In this document: positions 52,003 to 61,053 of the stretch, piece after piece
Layout of the letters: each line of letters starts with the position of its first letter
Numbering within the stretch: position 1 is the first letter of the stretch
Assembly (NCBI GenBank): GCA_964467735.1
Contig: CAYXSR010000001.1
Coordinates: 23,244 to 87,243, forward strand
Source of the DNA: an uncultured Pseudomonadales bacterium
GTDB lineage: Bacteria; Patescibacteriota; Microgenomatia; UBA1400; CAYXSR01
Length of the DNA stretch: 64,000 bases
Direction of reading: 5' to 3'
Translations under genes and position numbers: made by a program
The notes under the pieces: generated by a model
What the model saw: the letters and a program-made list of their open reading frames with translations, nothing else
Databases searched by the model: none
Told to the model about the DNA's origin: nothing

Positions 52003-52398
52003 TCAGTCAAGTTTTCTAATGCCTTCAAGATAATTTTCTAAAATTAAACACGCAGAAATTTGGTGTTCTAAGTTTTTTTTACTTTTCTTTTTTTTTCCTA
52101 ATTCAATCATTGTTTTTATTGAGTCTTTTGAACTAAGATCCTCGCTAACTAGTATGGGAGTAAAATTTGTTGCCTTAGAAAGTTTTTGAGAAAAATTCTT
52201 AACTAAAGACGCAATCTTACCTTCTGGTAAACCGATTACTATTTTATCTATTTTTTCTTTTGAAATAATCTTCAAAACTTCTTTTAAAAGCATCTCATCA
52301 TTTTTCTTTTTAAAGCTTGCATATGGAGATATTAACCCATTATAGGCAATTGCAAAACCAATATTTACTAAACCATAATCAATTCCTAAAATATTCAT
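52003..52398 (-). CDS. yqgF: YqgF/RuvX family nuclease
   Basis: MNILGIDYG, IVIGLP; alaS-yqgF-mltG synteny; ATGA overlap with the sortase stop. Confidence 0.85.
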   Translation of the reverse strand: MNILGIDYGLVNIGFAIAYNGLISPYASFKKKNDEMLLKEVLKIISKEKIDKIVIGLPEGKIASLVKNFSQKLSKATNFTPILVSEDLSSKDSIKTMIELGKKKKSKKNLEHQISACLILENYLEGIRKLD

Positions 52399-53189
52399 TC
52401 TCTGATTAATCTTGCTTTTATAATTCCCCTCTTTTGGTAGGTACCAGGAGGAACGCAAGTTATTAAACTCAAAACTTGTTCATCAAATTTCTGTTGAAGA
52501 ACTTCTATTTCTTCTGGATTCACTTCAAAATATTTTTCTACCTGATAAACAAATTGAATTCCATCAAAATCAAGATAGATTTTATCACCTTTTTCCAAAG
52601 TCGGGATTGTGGAAAAAATCGTTTTATAATCTTTCGGGTTGTAAAAAATTGGCAACACTGAATGTCCAAAAACAACTGAGTTCCCATATTCGCCAGGCAA
52701 AGCTGTTCCTGGATAATGAATTAATTTGCTTTTAATTTCTCCCCCCCCAATTTCTACAATTGCATCTCCAATATCTAACTTTGGGATAGAAAGAGTATAG
52801 TGGGTAATTTTACTTTCTCTTGGAGAAGGTAAGGAAGCACTCGGAAACCAATTGTTTATTTGTTCTAAATCAAGTCCTTCTGTTACTACAACATTATCTT
52901 CTTCTTTAGCTACAGCAATGCTTTTAGAAGATATTAAGGGATTTATAAACCCCTGAGCTTCGGCAACAGAAATATCGGCTATCGGACTAATGATTCTTCT
53001 TTGATTTTTTGAAAAAACCAAAAATCGATAACTAATAAAAGGATAAATTGTCAATAAAAGAAGAAACAAACCTCCTGTTATAAATAAAGGAGCTGTTTTT
53101 CGAAATAATTGTTGGATTGATATTGTCGCTATTAATCCTTCTTTTGTAGTTGATGGTTGTGCTTTAACGTAACAATAAATGGCAGACAT
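52395..53189 (-). CDS. Sortase
   Basis: N-terminal TM, LSIPKL, GNSVVFGHS, LITCVP..R (His/Cys/Arg triad). Confidence 0.9.
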   Translation of the reverse strand: MSAIYCYVKAQPSTTKEGLIATISIQQLFRKTAPLFITGGLFLLLLTIYPFISYRFLVFSKNQRRIISPIADISVAEAQGFINPLISSKSIAVAKEEDNVVVTEGLDLEQINNWFPSASLPSPRESKITHYTLSIPKLDIGDAIVEIGGGEIKSKLIHYPGTALPGEYGNSVVFGHSVLPIFYNPKDYKTIFSTIPTLEKGDKIYLDFDGIQFVYQVEKYFEVNPEEIEVLQQKFDEQVLSLITCVPPGTYQKRGIIKARLIRE

Positions 53190-53190
53190 T

Positions 53191-55446
53191 TTAATCTGTT
53201 TTGATTTCTATATTAATATTTTTTAAATTATAAGGAATGTTTTTTCTAATTAATAATTTTTGAGGAGTTAATAAAATTTCTGCTTTACTAAAATTAGGTA
53301 AAGTTTTTAAATATGCTTCTGCTTCCACGGGTTTAAGTCCTTTTAAATTTTCTCTTATTTGTTCGATATTTAATCTAGGAATAAGCTTTATTTTTGCATC
53401 AGTTTGTAAAAATACTGTGTTTTTCTTAGTGCTAGTTTCTATAATCTCAAAATCTATTTGTGAATTATCAAAATCGTAGCCTTCTGGGATAGATTCAGCA
53501 AAAATATCTTTTAAGAGAGATGATAATTCTTTAGTTTCATAAACAAAACCGGTTAATTTTAATTTTAATTCCAAACTAATCTTGTCTGCCTCATCACCCT
53601 CTTGAGCAGAAAATTTTTTCTCTAGAACTTCTATTTCTTCAGATATAATTATTTGTTCTGATGAAGAAATCTTACTCTTAATTTCTTGTTTACCTTTTTC
53701 TATTAATTCGTCGGTAAGTTCTGCTAATAAATTCTCCATATCTTTCTCATCAACAGCTTTAATTTGTCTACTCATACCCCCACTCAAACCTTCATCAGTT
53801 TTAGCACTATATAATGATGATGGATATTCCTTAAAAGTAAAATCACTACCAGCAGATAAATTATATTCTGCACCAATAGAAGCAGCTACAACTTTAACTT
53901 GTTGTTTCCCATAAACAATATTTTCTCCTTCTTCGGTAGCCTCGCTTGATTTGGAAGCAACCGTTACTTCTTCGTCTAAAAGAAATTTCAAATCGTCGCC
54001 ACCAATTAAAACAGCTCCCTTATTAAAAACTTTCTCGGTATCTGTTTTATTGAAAATTGTTATCTCGCCTGTGGCTTTATCGCCAATAAGTTTTTCCCCA
54101 GTTGTTTCTTTTGACTTATTACCATTAACTTCTTCTTGCACTTCATTAGCTTTCAAAAAAAATGAATCATCCTCTATTTTTGATTCTGAGGCTAAAGTAA
54201 CTCCTATCTCTTTATCTAAATTTTTGGGGGAAACAAAAATTAATATTTTTGCTTTTGGTAGATACCAAAAAGTGGCAAAAGCCAAAATTGTCAAAAAACC
54301 TAAAAATAATAATAAAAGACTTAAGAACATAAATTTTTTCTTCCTATTTTTAAAAGAAAATGAAAACAATCTAAAAGAAGACAAAACTCTTTTTATTCCT
54401 CTTATAATTAACAGTGGGTTCAGGCTAAATTTCGTTTTCTCTAGATTTCTACCTGTTATTTGTATTTCTGGAGAAACCGAACGAAGATTATCTAATTCTT
54501 CTTTAGTTACCTTCTGTTCTGGTTCAACAGTGGGTAGTTCTTTACTATCTAAAATATCGCCTCCAACTTTGAATCCTAGTTCTTCTGCTCCGGTTATTGA
54601 TTCTGTCTGTTCTTGTTCTTCATCTGGTGTTTCTGAAGAAGTTTCTTCTTTTTCTTTTGTCAATTCTTTAGTCTCTTCCTCTACAATTTCAAAACCTAAA
54701 GATTTGGCTATTTCTGCTCCTCCAGCAACAACTACCGCTTTAACAGCAATATTTGACTCTAATGTTTCTATTTTAGGAAGATGTAAAAAATTGAGTTCCG
54801 CCTGCCAATCAAAAGAGATCAATTGTTGTTTAGCTTCTTCAAAGTCAACTATCCCATCAAAAACAATTATTCTAGCTGGAAAAGTTTTGTCTTTACCAAA
54901 ACGATTTAATCCTTCATTAACATCAGCAGCTAAATCTTCGCTCCTCCCAACTAACTGTGATTCTTTGATTCTTCCAAATTCTACCCAAAAAATTGTTGCT
55001 TGAGTCTCTTCTAAACCAACAAAAATTGCATTAACAGGAACGCCTTCTTCTTTTTTTAAATACTCTAAAAGAGCTTCTAAAGTAACTACAAAACCTAATG
55101 GTTTTAAAGCTAGCTTCTCACATAAAGATTTTAGTAAAAGCTTTTTACTCGCTATTATCTGAGAACCTGAAGTCCACTCTTGAGGTAAACCAAAAATGAT
55201 TGCTTTTGGCTCAGGATCAAGTCCTTCACCGGCACTACTGATTGTTTTATCAACTGCCTGAAGAAAAGATTCTTCACTTTCACCATCCCATTCTTCTGTA
55301 GAACTCAATTTTAAAGTTACTGTTTTCCCTTCTTTTACCGCCCAAACAGCAGATTTAACAGTTTCTTGAGCAATTTCTAAAGCAAAAAAAGTCTCTTGTT
55401 GTCCTTTCTTAGTTGCAAATCGAGAGATAATATTTTTCAATTCCAT
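53191..55446 (-). CDS. Bitopic membrane protein: cytoplasmic (possibly FtsA/PilM-like) domain, acidic linker, TM helix, baseplate-J-like ectodomain
   Basis: ATGEITIFN...KGAVL...F.L.EEVTV...V.VVAASIGAEYN...LSGG...VDEKD matches the baseplate J/gp47 pattern; single TM FLSLLLLFLGFLTILAFATFW. Confidence 0.6.
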   Translation of the reverse strand: MELKNIISRFATKKGQQETFFALEIAQETVKSAVWAVKEGKTVTLKLSSTEEWDGESEESFLQAVDKTISSAGEGLDPEPKAIIFGLPQEWTSGSQIIASKKLLLKSLCEKLALKPLGFVVTLEALLEYLKKEEGVPVNAIFVGLEETQATIFWVEFGRIKESQLVGRSEDLAADVNEGLNRFGKDKTFPARIIVFDGIVDFEEAKQQLISFDWQAELNFLHLPKIETLESNIAVKAVVVAGGAEIAKSLGFEIVEEETKELTKEKEETSSETPDEEQEQTESITGAEELGFKVGGDILDSKELPTVEPEQKVTKEELDNLRSVSPEIQITGRNLEKTKFSLNPLLIIRGIKRVLSSFRLFSFSFKNRKKKFMFLSLLLLFLGFLTILAFATFWYLPKAKILIFVSPKNLDKEIGVTLASESKIEDDSFFLKANEVQEEVNGNKSKETTGEKLIGDKATGEITIFNKTDTEKVFNKGAVLIGGDDLKFLLDEEVTVASKSSEATEEGENIVYGKQQVKVVAASIGAEYNLSAGSDFTFKEYPSSLYSAKTDEGLSGGMSRQIKAVDEKDMENLLAELTDELIEKGKQEIKSKISSSEQIIISEEIEVLEKKFSAQEGDEADKISLELKLKLTGFVYETKELSSLLKDIFAESIPEGYDFDNSQIDFEIIETSTKKNTVFLQTDAKIKLIPRLNIEQIRENLKGLKPVEAEAYLKTLPNFSKAEILLTPQKLLIRKNIPYNLKNINIEIKTD

Positions 55447-55460
55447 TTTGGGCAGTTAAG

Positions 55461-57299
55461 TTATTTTAATACAGCATAAATCCGACGCTTATTGGCGCCG
55501 CTTGATTCTTCTTTTATTATTTTAAAAGTTCCTAGCTGTCCTGTAAAGTCAACATGAGGACCACCACAAACTTCCTTTGAAAAAATTTTATCTACATCTT
55601 TTGAAGATTTGCCAATTGAAAAAACTTTTACCTTTTCTGGATATTTTTGACCAAAAAAAGCCAAAGCTCCTTGCTTTTGGGCATCTTTTAAGGACATCAC
55701 TCTACATTCTACTTTCAAATTATTTTTAATTTGTTCATTAACTAAAGTCTCTATCTTCTCCTTTTGCTCCTGAGTTAGTTTTTCAGGATGAATAAAATCA
55801 AAACGCAACCTTTCGGTTGTGATATTAGAACCTATTTGCTGGATATGTTTACCAAGCACCTGTCTTAAGGCCGCATGAAGCATATGAGTAGCAGTATGGA
55901 GTTTAACTACTTGAGTTGATTGGTCTTGTAATCCACCAGAAAATTTCTGCTTCATGCCTTTCCGAGAAATCTCTTGATGGTTCTTCATCTTCTGATTAAA
56001 TTCTTTTAAGACCTTAGCTCGATCAAAGGAAAATTTCCTTTTCTTTGCTTCCTCAAAACTTAATTCAATAGGAAAACCATAACTTTCATAAAGAAAAAAA
56101 GCAGTTTGACCATCAAAAACCTTTATTTTTTCAAATTCGCTTAAACCTTTATTAATTGTCCAAAGAAATTTTTCTTCCTCTTCTGTGATAACTTTACTAA
56201 TTTGAACTTGTTTTTCTTTTAATTCCTTATAAGTATCCCAATAAATACTTAAGAAATTTGCTGATAAAAGTTCTACACATAGCTGCTGAATACCTAAATT
56301 ATGTTTAGCATAAAAAATAGCGCGCCGTAAAAGTCTTCTAAGAATATAACCACGATCTTTATTAGAAGGTTCTACCCCATCAATAATCATAAAAATAATT
56401 GCTCTTAAATGATCAGCAATAATTCGAAATTCTAACTGATAGTTTTGATAACTTTTACCTGATTGCTTCTCTAATTTATTAATCACAGGAGAAAATAAAT
56501 GTGTCAAAAATGGATCTGGTTCTTTTATTTTGCCATCTAGCCACTCTGTTAAAGCAACTACTCTTTCTAATCCCATACCCGTATCAACGTTTTTTTGCTT
56601 TAAAGGTTGAAAAGAATTTTCTCCAGTTTTGTTATATTCCATAAATACATCATTCCAAATCTCCACCATCCGACCACAATCACAGTTAGGATGACACTTA
56701 CCCGAACATTTTCCTTTCCAAGATTTGCCAGTATCATAAAACATTTCTGTACTTGGACCACAAGGACCGGTTTGACCAGCTGGTCCCCACCAGTTTTGTT
56801 TTTTAGGATAAACGAAAATTCTTTGATCCAATTGAGCCTTTACTCCTCTTTTTCTAAAAACTTCTTGCCAAATAGCAATTGACTCCTCATCCCTATGAGC
56901 ATCTTTATCTCCCTTAAAAACTGAGATGTAAATTTTTTCTGGATTTAAACCTAACCATTTTTTATTAGTTAAAAATTCAAAAGACCATTCAATCGCTTCT
57001 TTTTTAAAATAATCACCTAAGCTCCAATTACCTAACATTTCAAAAAAAGTAAAATGAGTCAAATCACCTACTTCTTCAATATCATCTACTCGAACACATT
57101 TTTGGACTGAGCATAATCTTTTACCTAAAGGATGAGACTCACCCATTAAATAACGTACCAAAGGACTCATTCCTGCTGGAGTGAATAAAATTGTCGGATC
57201 ATCCTCGGGAATTAAAGACACTGATGGAATTTGCTTATGACTTCTTGGAGACTCAGTAAAAAAATCAATATATTTCTGTCTTAACTCATTTGCTTTCAT
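55461..57299 (-). CDS. alaS: Alanyl-tRNA synthetase lacking the C-Ala domain
   Basis: HFTFFEMLGNWS, DTGMGLER, editing motifs HTATH and CGGPH; ends at RRIYAVLK. Confidence 0.95.
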   Translation of the reverse strand: MKANELRQKYIDFFTESPRSHKQIPSVSLIPEDDPTILFTPAGMSPLVRYLMGESHPLGKRLCSVQKCVRVDDIEEVGDLTHFTFFEMLGNWSLGDYFKKEAIEWSFEFLTNKKWLGLNPEKIYISVFKGDKDAHRDEESIAIWQEVFRKRGVKAQLDQRIFVYPKKQNWWGPAGQTGPCGPSTEMFYDTGKSWKGKCSGKCHPNCDCGRMVEIWNDVFMEYNKTGENSFQPLKQKNVDTGMGLERVVALTEWLDGKIKEPDPFLTHLFSPVINKLEKQSGKSYQNYQLEFRIIADHLRAIIFMIIDGVEPSNKDRGYILRRLLRRAIFYAKHNLGIQQLCVELLSANFLSIYWDTYKELKEKQVQISKVITEEEEKFLWTINKGLSEFEKIKVFDGQTAFFLYESYGFPIELSFEEAKKRKFSFDRAKVLKEFNQKMKNHQEISRKGMKQKFSGGLQDQSTQVVKLHTATHMLHAALRQVLGKHIQQIGSNITTERLRFDFIHPEKLTQEQKEKIETLVNEQIKNNLKVECRVMSLKDAQKQGALAFFGQKYPEKVKVFSIGKSSKDVDKIFSKEVCGGPHVDFTGQLGTFKIIKEESSGANKRRIYAVLK

Positions 57300-57359
57300 A
57301 TGAAGAAATTTTAGCAAATAAGGCCAGAAATTAAAAGAAGATTATGATTTACTAAAAAT

Positions 57360-57632
57360 TTACTTTCTTCTTTGTTTTTCTACAGAAATTGTACACTCTG
57401 TAACTAAAGCGGCAATCGCCCCAACCGCTGCTAATACCGGTGCTACTACTGCTCCAACAACTCCAATACTTAAAGGAAAATTAATCAATGTTTTTCCTTT
57501 TTTATCCTTAATGGTAATTTTTCTTACATTACCTTCTTTGATTAACTCTTTTACTTTCTTTACCAATTCTTCACCTTTAACTCTAAATGTTTCTTTATCT
57601 ATTTTTATCCCTTCTTTTTTACATCTAGTCAT
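57360..57632 (-). CDS. DUF4342 protein
   Basis: VKELIKEGNVRKI...PLSIGV...LAAVGAIAAL..CTISVE. Confidence 0.85.
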   Translation of the reverse strand: MTRCKKEGIKIDKETFRVKGEELVKKVKELIKEGNVRKITIKDKKGKTLINFPLSIGVVGAVVAPVLAAVGAIAALVTECTISVEKQRRK

Positions 57633-57654
57633 TTTTACCTCCTTTTAAAAAATA

Positions 57655-57966
57655 TTATCTTTTTAAAACTTTACCATTTTTAACAAAAAATTTTTTGACT
57701 CTTATCACTTTTTTGGCAACTTTTTCTTTTAGACTATTACCATCTTTTTTTGGCGCTTCCAATAATTCTTTTTTACCTTCATTGAATAGATCTTCCAATT
57801 CTTCCCAAAGGTTTTTTCCTTCTTTAAAAAGCTTTTTCTTTAATTTTTTTCCTTTTTCTGTTCTAAGAAAAAAATTAGATACCCCACCAAGCACTACACC
57901 AACAACCAATCCCGTTAAGAATCCATTATCTTTGGAACTTTCACTCTCTGGATTATTCTGCTCCAT
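57655..57966 (-). CDS. YtxH-like membrane-anchored protein
   Basis: FLTGLVVGVVLGG...T.KGKKLKK. Confidence 0.7.
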   Translation of the reverse strand: MEQNNPESESSKDNGFLTGLVVGVVLGGVSNFFLRTEKGKKLKKKLFKEGKNLWEELEDLFNEGKKELLEAPKKDGNSLKEKVAKKVIRVKKFFVKNGKVLKR

Positions 57967-58219
57967 TTTTAAAAAGCTCAGAAATTGATTTAAAAGTTTT
58001 TATTCCTCTTTTTAAACCTGCTAAAAAAGTTGAAGCTTCTTCTATGGGCTCACTAATCATGTGACTAACTTTTTTTAAATCTTGAAGCATATTATTAACA
58101 TTAGTTAAACTCTGTCGTAATTCTCTTAATACTTTAAAAACTTCTATACCAATAATTGTCAATACTGAGGTAAGAATTGTTATTACAATAATAAGAAGAA
58201 TTTGGACAGCATCAATCAT
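57953..58219 (-). CDS. Small TM + coiled-coil protein (DUF948/YtxG-like)
   Basis: N-terminal TM then a heptad helix; upstream of the YtxH-like gene. Confidence 0.55.
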   Translation of the reverse strand: MIDAVQILLIIVITILTSVLTIIGIEVFKVLRELRQSLTNVNNMLQDLKKVSHMISEPIEEASTFLAGLKRGIKTFKSISELFKNGAE

Positions 58220-58267
58220 AAAAATAAAAATTAACTTTTATTACTTGTTAATAAAATGATGTAATAT

Positions 58268-58912
58268 CTAGTCGCTGTTGTCAACTAGTTCAACTTTTCT
58301 ATTAATAATTTTTTTCTTATCGTGACGATTTACTGCACTAACAACAATCACATTTTCCCCAGGAAAAAGTTTAAATTGATAATTAAATCTACCTTCATCA
58401 TCAACATTAATTAATTTATCATTTATAAAAATCGATGTTTCTTTTTTAGTCTGGCCACTTATACTAATTTTCTCTTGAGTAAATTTTTCTCCTTCTTTTG
58501 GTTGATCTAACTTCAGCATCGGTAGACCATAAAAAGTCTTTAATTGAACAATAATGTAAAAAATTAGCAATAAAAAAATAAGAGCACATATTCCAATAAT
58601 TCCAGTTTTTGGTATCCAGAATTTTTCTTGCCAGTTTTTAAGAAAACTTTTTGGGATGACTTTTTCATCGTTATCTTTTCTTTTCGCATCGCGTCGAAAT
58701 ATTGCCACCATCCTTTTAGGATCTAGTCCTAAAAAATCGCTATAAATTTTTATAAACCCTTCTATAAATGGTGCAGATGGTAGTTTAGAAAAATCGTTTT
58801 GCTCTAAAGCAATCAAGGTTTTCAAAGGAATTAAAGTCTTCCTTTGAACCTCTTGTAGTCTTTTCTTTTTTTTAATTCTTTCTTTTTTTAAAATCTCAGC
58901 AAGGGTTTTCAT
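58268..58912 (-). CDS. RodZ-like HTH membrane protein with C-terminal Ig-like domain
   Basis: LKKER...LIALEQND...FIEGFIKIYSDFLGLD; one TM; follows ftsK. Confidence 0.8.
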   Translation of the reverse strand: MKTLAEILKKERIKKKKRLQEVQRKTLIPLKTLIALEQNDFSKLPSAPFIEGFIKIYSDFLGLDPKRMVAIFRRDAKRKDNDEKVIPKSFLKNWQEKFWIPKTGIIGICALIFLLLIFYIIVQLKTFYGLPMLKLDQPKEGEKFTQEKISISGQTKKETSIFINDKLINVDDEGRFNYQFKLFPGENVIVVSAVNRHDKKKIINRKVELVDNSD

Positions 58913-58919
58913 CTTAAAT

Positions 58920-61019
58920 TCATTGCTCTGTGGCAGAAGGGTTTTCTTCTTCACTTCTTAAAACTTCACTAGCATTGGAGATAAGAACATCTCTAGGTTT
59001 AGAGCCTTCCGAGGGGCCAACAATTCCAGCAGATTCTAATTGATCAAGAATCCTAGCTGCTCTAGCATAACCAATAGAAAGTTTTCTTTGTAATAAAGAC
59101 GCGGATGCTTTTTTATTTTGACAAACTATCTTTATTGCCTCATCAAAAAATTCATCTGTTTCTTCTGTTTGTAGAGTACCGCTAGCAACTTTATTCGCAT
59201 GATACTTGTTAGTTACTTCTTCTGTATATTGCGGTTCTATACCTGTTTGTTTGAGAAAATCAATAACTGCTTTTATTTCTCCATCAGAAACATAAGCTCC
59301 TTGAATTCTTGATGGTTTTGCTTGTTCTGGAGGAATATAAAGCATGTCTCCTCTCCCTAATAACTTTTCAGCTCCAGGAGCATCAATAATAACTCTTGAA
59401 TCAATCATCGAAGAAACATTAAAAGCAATCCTTGCTGGAATATTTGCCTTAATTAAGCCAGTAATAACGTCAACTGAAGGACGCTGAGTTGACAAAACTA
59501 AATGGATACCAGTTGCTCTTGCCATTTGGGCAAGTCTAGTAATTGTATCTTCAACTTCTGATGGGGAATAAAGAATAACATCGGCTAATTCATCAATAAT
59601 TATTACTAAATACGGAAGCAATTGAATTCCAGAAATCTCATTATAACTTTCAATATTTCTTGCTCCTGCTTCAGCAAACATTTTGTAACGTCGTTCCATT
59701 TCAGCAATTGTCCATTTTAAGGCAGAAACAACTTTCTCTGGTTCGACAATAACCGGAGTTAAAAGATGAGGAATACCATTATATTGAGTTAATTCTACTC
59801 TTTTTGGATCAACTAAAATTAGTTTTACTTCACTTGGAGAAGTCCTAAAAAGAACAGTTGTTATAAAATTATTAATCGAAACTGACTTTCCAGACCCTGT
59901 AGCTCCCGCCACAAGGATGTGAGGCATTTTCGCTAAATCAGCCACTACCGGTTTCCCAGAAACATCTAGTCCTAAACCGATCGCTAATTTTGACTTTGTT
60001 TTTTTCATTTCTGACGAAGCTAGCATTCTTTTCAAAGTAACCACTTCTAAGGAATGATTTGGTACTTCAATACCAACTAGAGACCTTCCTGGAATTGGTG
60101 CTTCAATTCTGATCTGTCCTGTGGGAGCAGCTAAAGCTAATGCTAAATCATTAGATAAGGCAGTAATTTTGGAAAGTTTTGTACCTAAAGAAATTTCTAA
60201 AGCATATTGAGTAACTGCCGGACCACCATTAACTTCTGCCACTTTTGCTTGAATCCCAAAGCTTTCTAATGTTTTCTCAATAACATTTGCGTTTCTTTTT
60301 ACATCTCCTCTATCTGCCTCACTTCCAATTACATCTGTCAAAATATCTAAAGGGGGATATTGCCAAACTTTTTGTTGAACATTAGATAAACTGCTTATTG
60401 TCGAAGAAGGAAGAGAAAAGTCTTTTTCATTTTTAGATTTATTATCTCTCATTTTATTCTTACCTTTTGTCTCCATAGATGATTCTATATTTTTATTATT
60501 AGTTACTTGAATCTGCATTAATTTCCTGGAAGAAGATAAATTCTTCTTTAAAAATGAAATAAGAGACTTAAAAAAGAAAACAATATCTTCAAAAGAAGTC
60601 TCGAATAAAACTGTTATTCCAATAAAAACTGAACCTAAAAGAACAATAAAAGCACCAACTGATGTTATCAAACCAGCAATTCCTTGCCAAATCTGCAAAC
60701 CGATAATTCCACTCCTGCTTAAACCAATAAGAGAAAATAATAATAATAAAGCACCAATAAAAACATTCATCCGGGCCAGTTTTCCCGAAAAGCGAGCAAA
60801 CATTGAACCACTAATAATGGCTACGAATGGTAGAATTATTGTTCCCCAACCAAAGAATTTAATCAAAAGGTCATTAAGAAAAATCAATAATTCGCCTTTT
60901 TGAGCAAAAGAAATCATTACCAACCCGGCAAAAATAAATGAAAGAGTACTTAATACTGAAAAAACAGTCCCTCTTTTAAGACGATATTTTATTTTTCTTT
61001 TTCTTCCTCGTCTTCCCAT
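58920..61019 (-). CDS. ftsK: DNA translocase FtsK/SpoIIIE
   Basis: RIEAPIPG, GATGSGKS, IDELAD, GAEKLLGRGDML, gamma domain LQRKLSIGYARA. Confidence 0.96.
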   Translation of the reverse strand: MGRRGRKRKIKYRLKRGTVFSVLSTLSFIFAGLVMISFAQKGELLIFLNDLLIKFFGWGTIILPFVAIISGSMFARFSGKLARMNVFIGALLLLFSLIGLSRSGIIGLQIWQGIAGLITSVGAFIVLLGSVFIGITVLFETSFEDIVFFFKSLISFLKKNLSSSRKLMQIQVTNNKNIESSMETKGKNKMRDNKSKNEKDFSLPSSTISSLSNVQQKVWQYPPLDILTDVIGSEADRGDVKRNANVIEKTLESFGIQAKVAEVNGGPAVTQYALEISLGTKLSKITALSNDLALALAAPTGQIRIEAPIPGRSLVGIEVPNHSLEVVTLKRMLASSEMKKTKSKLAIGLGLDVSGKPVVADLAKMPHILVAGATGSGKSVSINNFITTVLFRTSPSEVKLILVDPKRVELTQYNGIPHLLTPVIVEPEKVVSALKWTIAEMERRYKMFAEAGARNIESYNEISGIQLLPYLVIIIDELADVILYSPSEVEDTITRLAQMARATGIHLVLSTQRPSVDVITGLIKANIPARIAFNVSSMIDSRVIIDAPGAEKLLGRGDMLYIPPEQAKPSRIQGAYVSDGEIKAVIDFLKQTGIEPQYTEEVTNKYHANKVASGTLQTEETDEFFDEAIKIVCQNKKASASLLQRKLSIGYARAARILDQLESAGIVGPSEGSKPRDVLISNASEVLRSEEENPSATEQ

Positions 61020-61053
61020 ATTTTCTCCTGAAAATTATAAAAAGGAGTCAAAT

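Noticed and set aside
53951-55003. 350-aa + strand ORF
   Set aside because: Ser/Phe/Leu-rich antisense shadow of the Glu/Lys-rich 751-aa gene, with no motifs. The same applies to the other short opposite-strand ORFs in the track.
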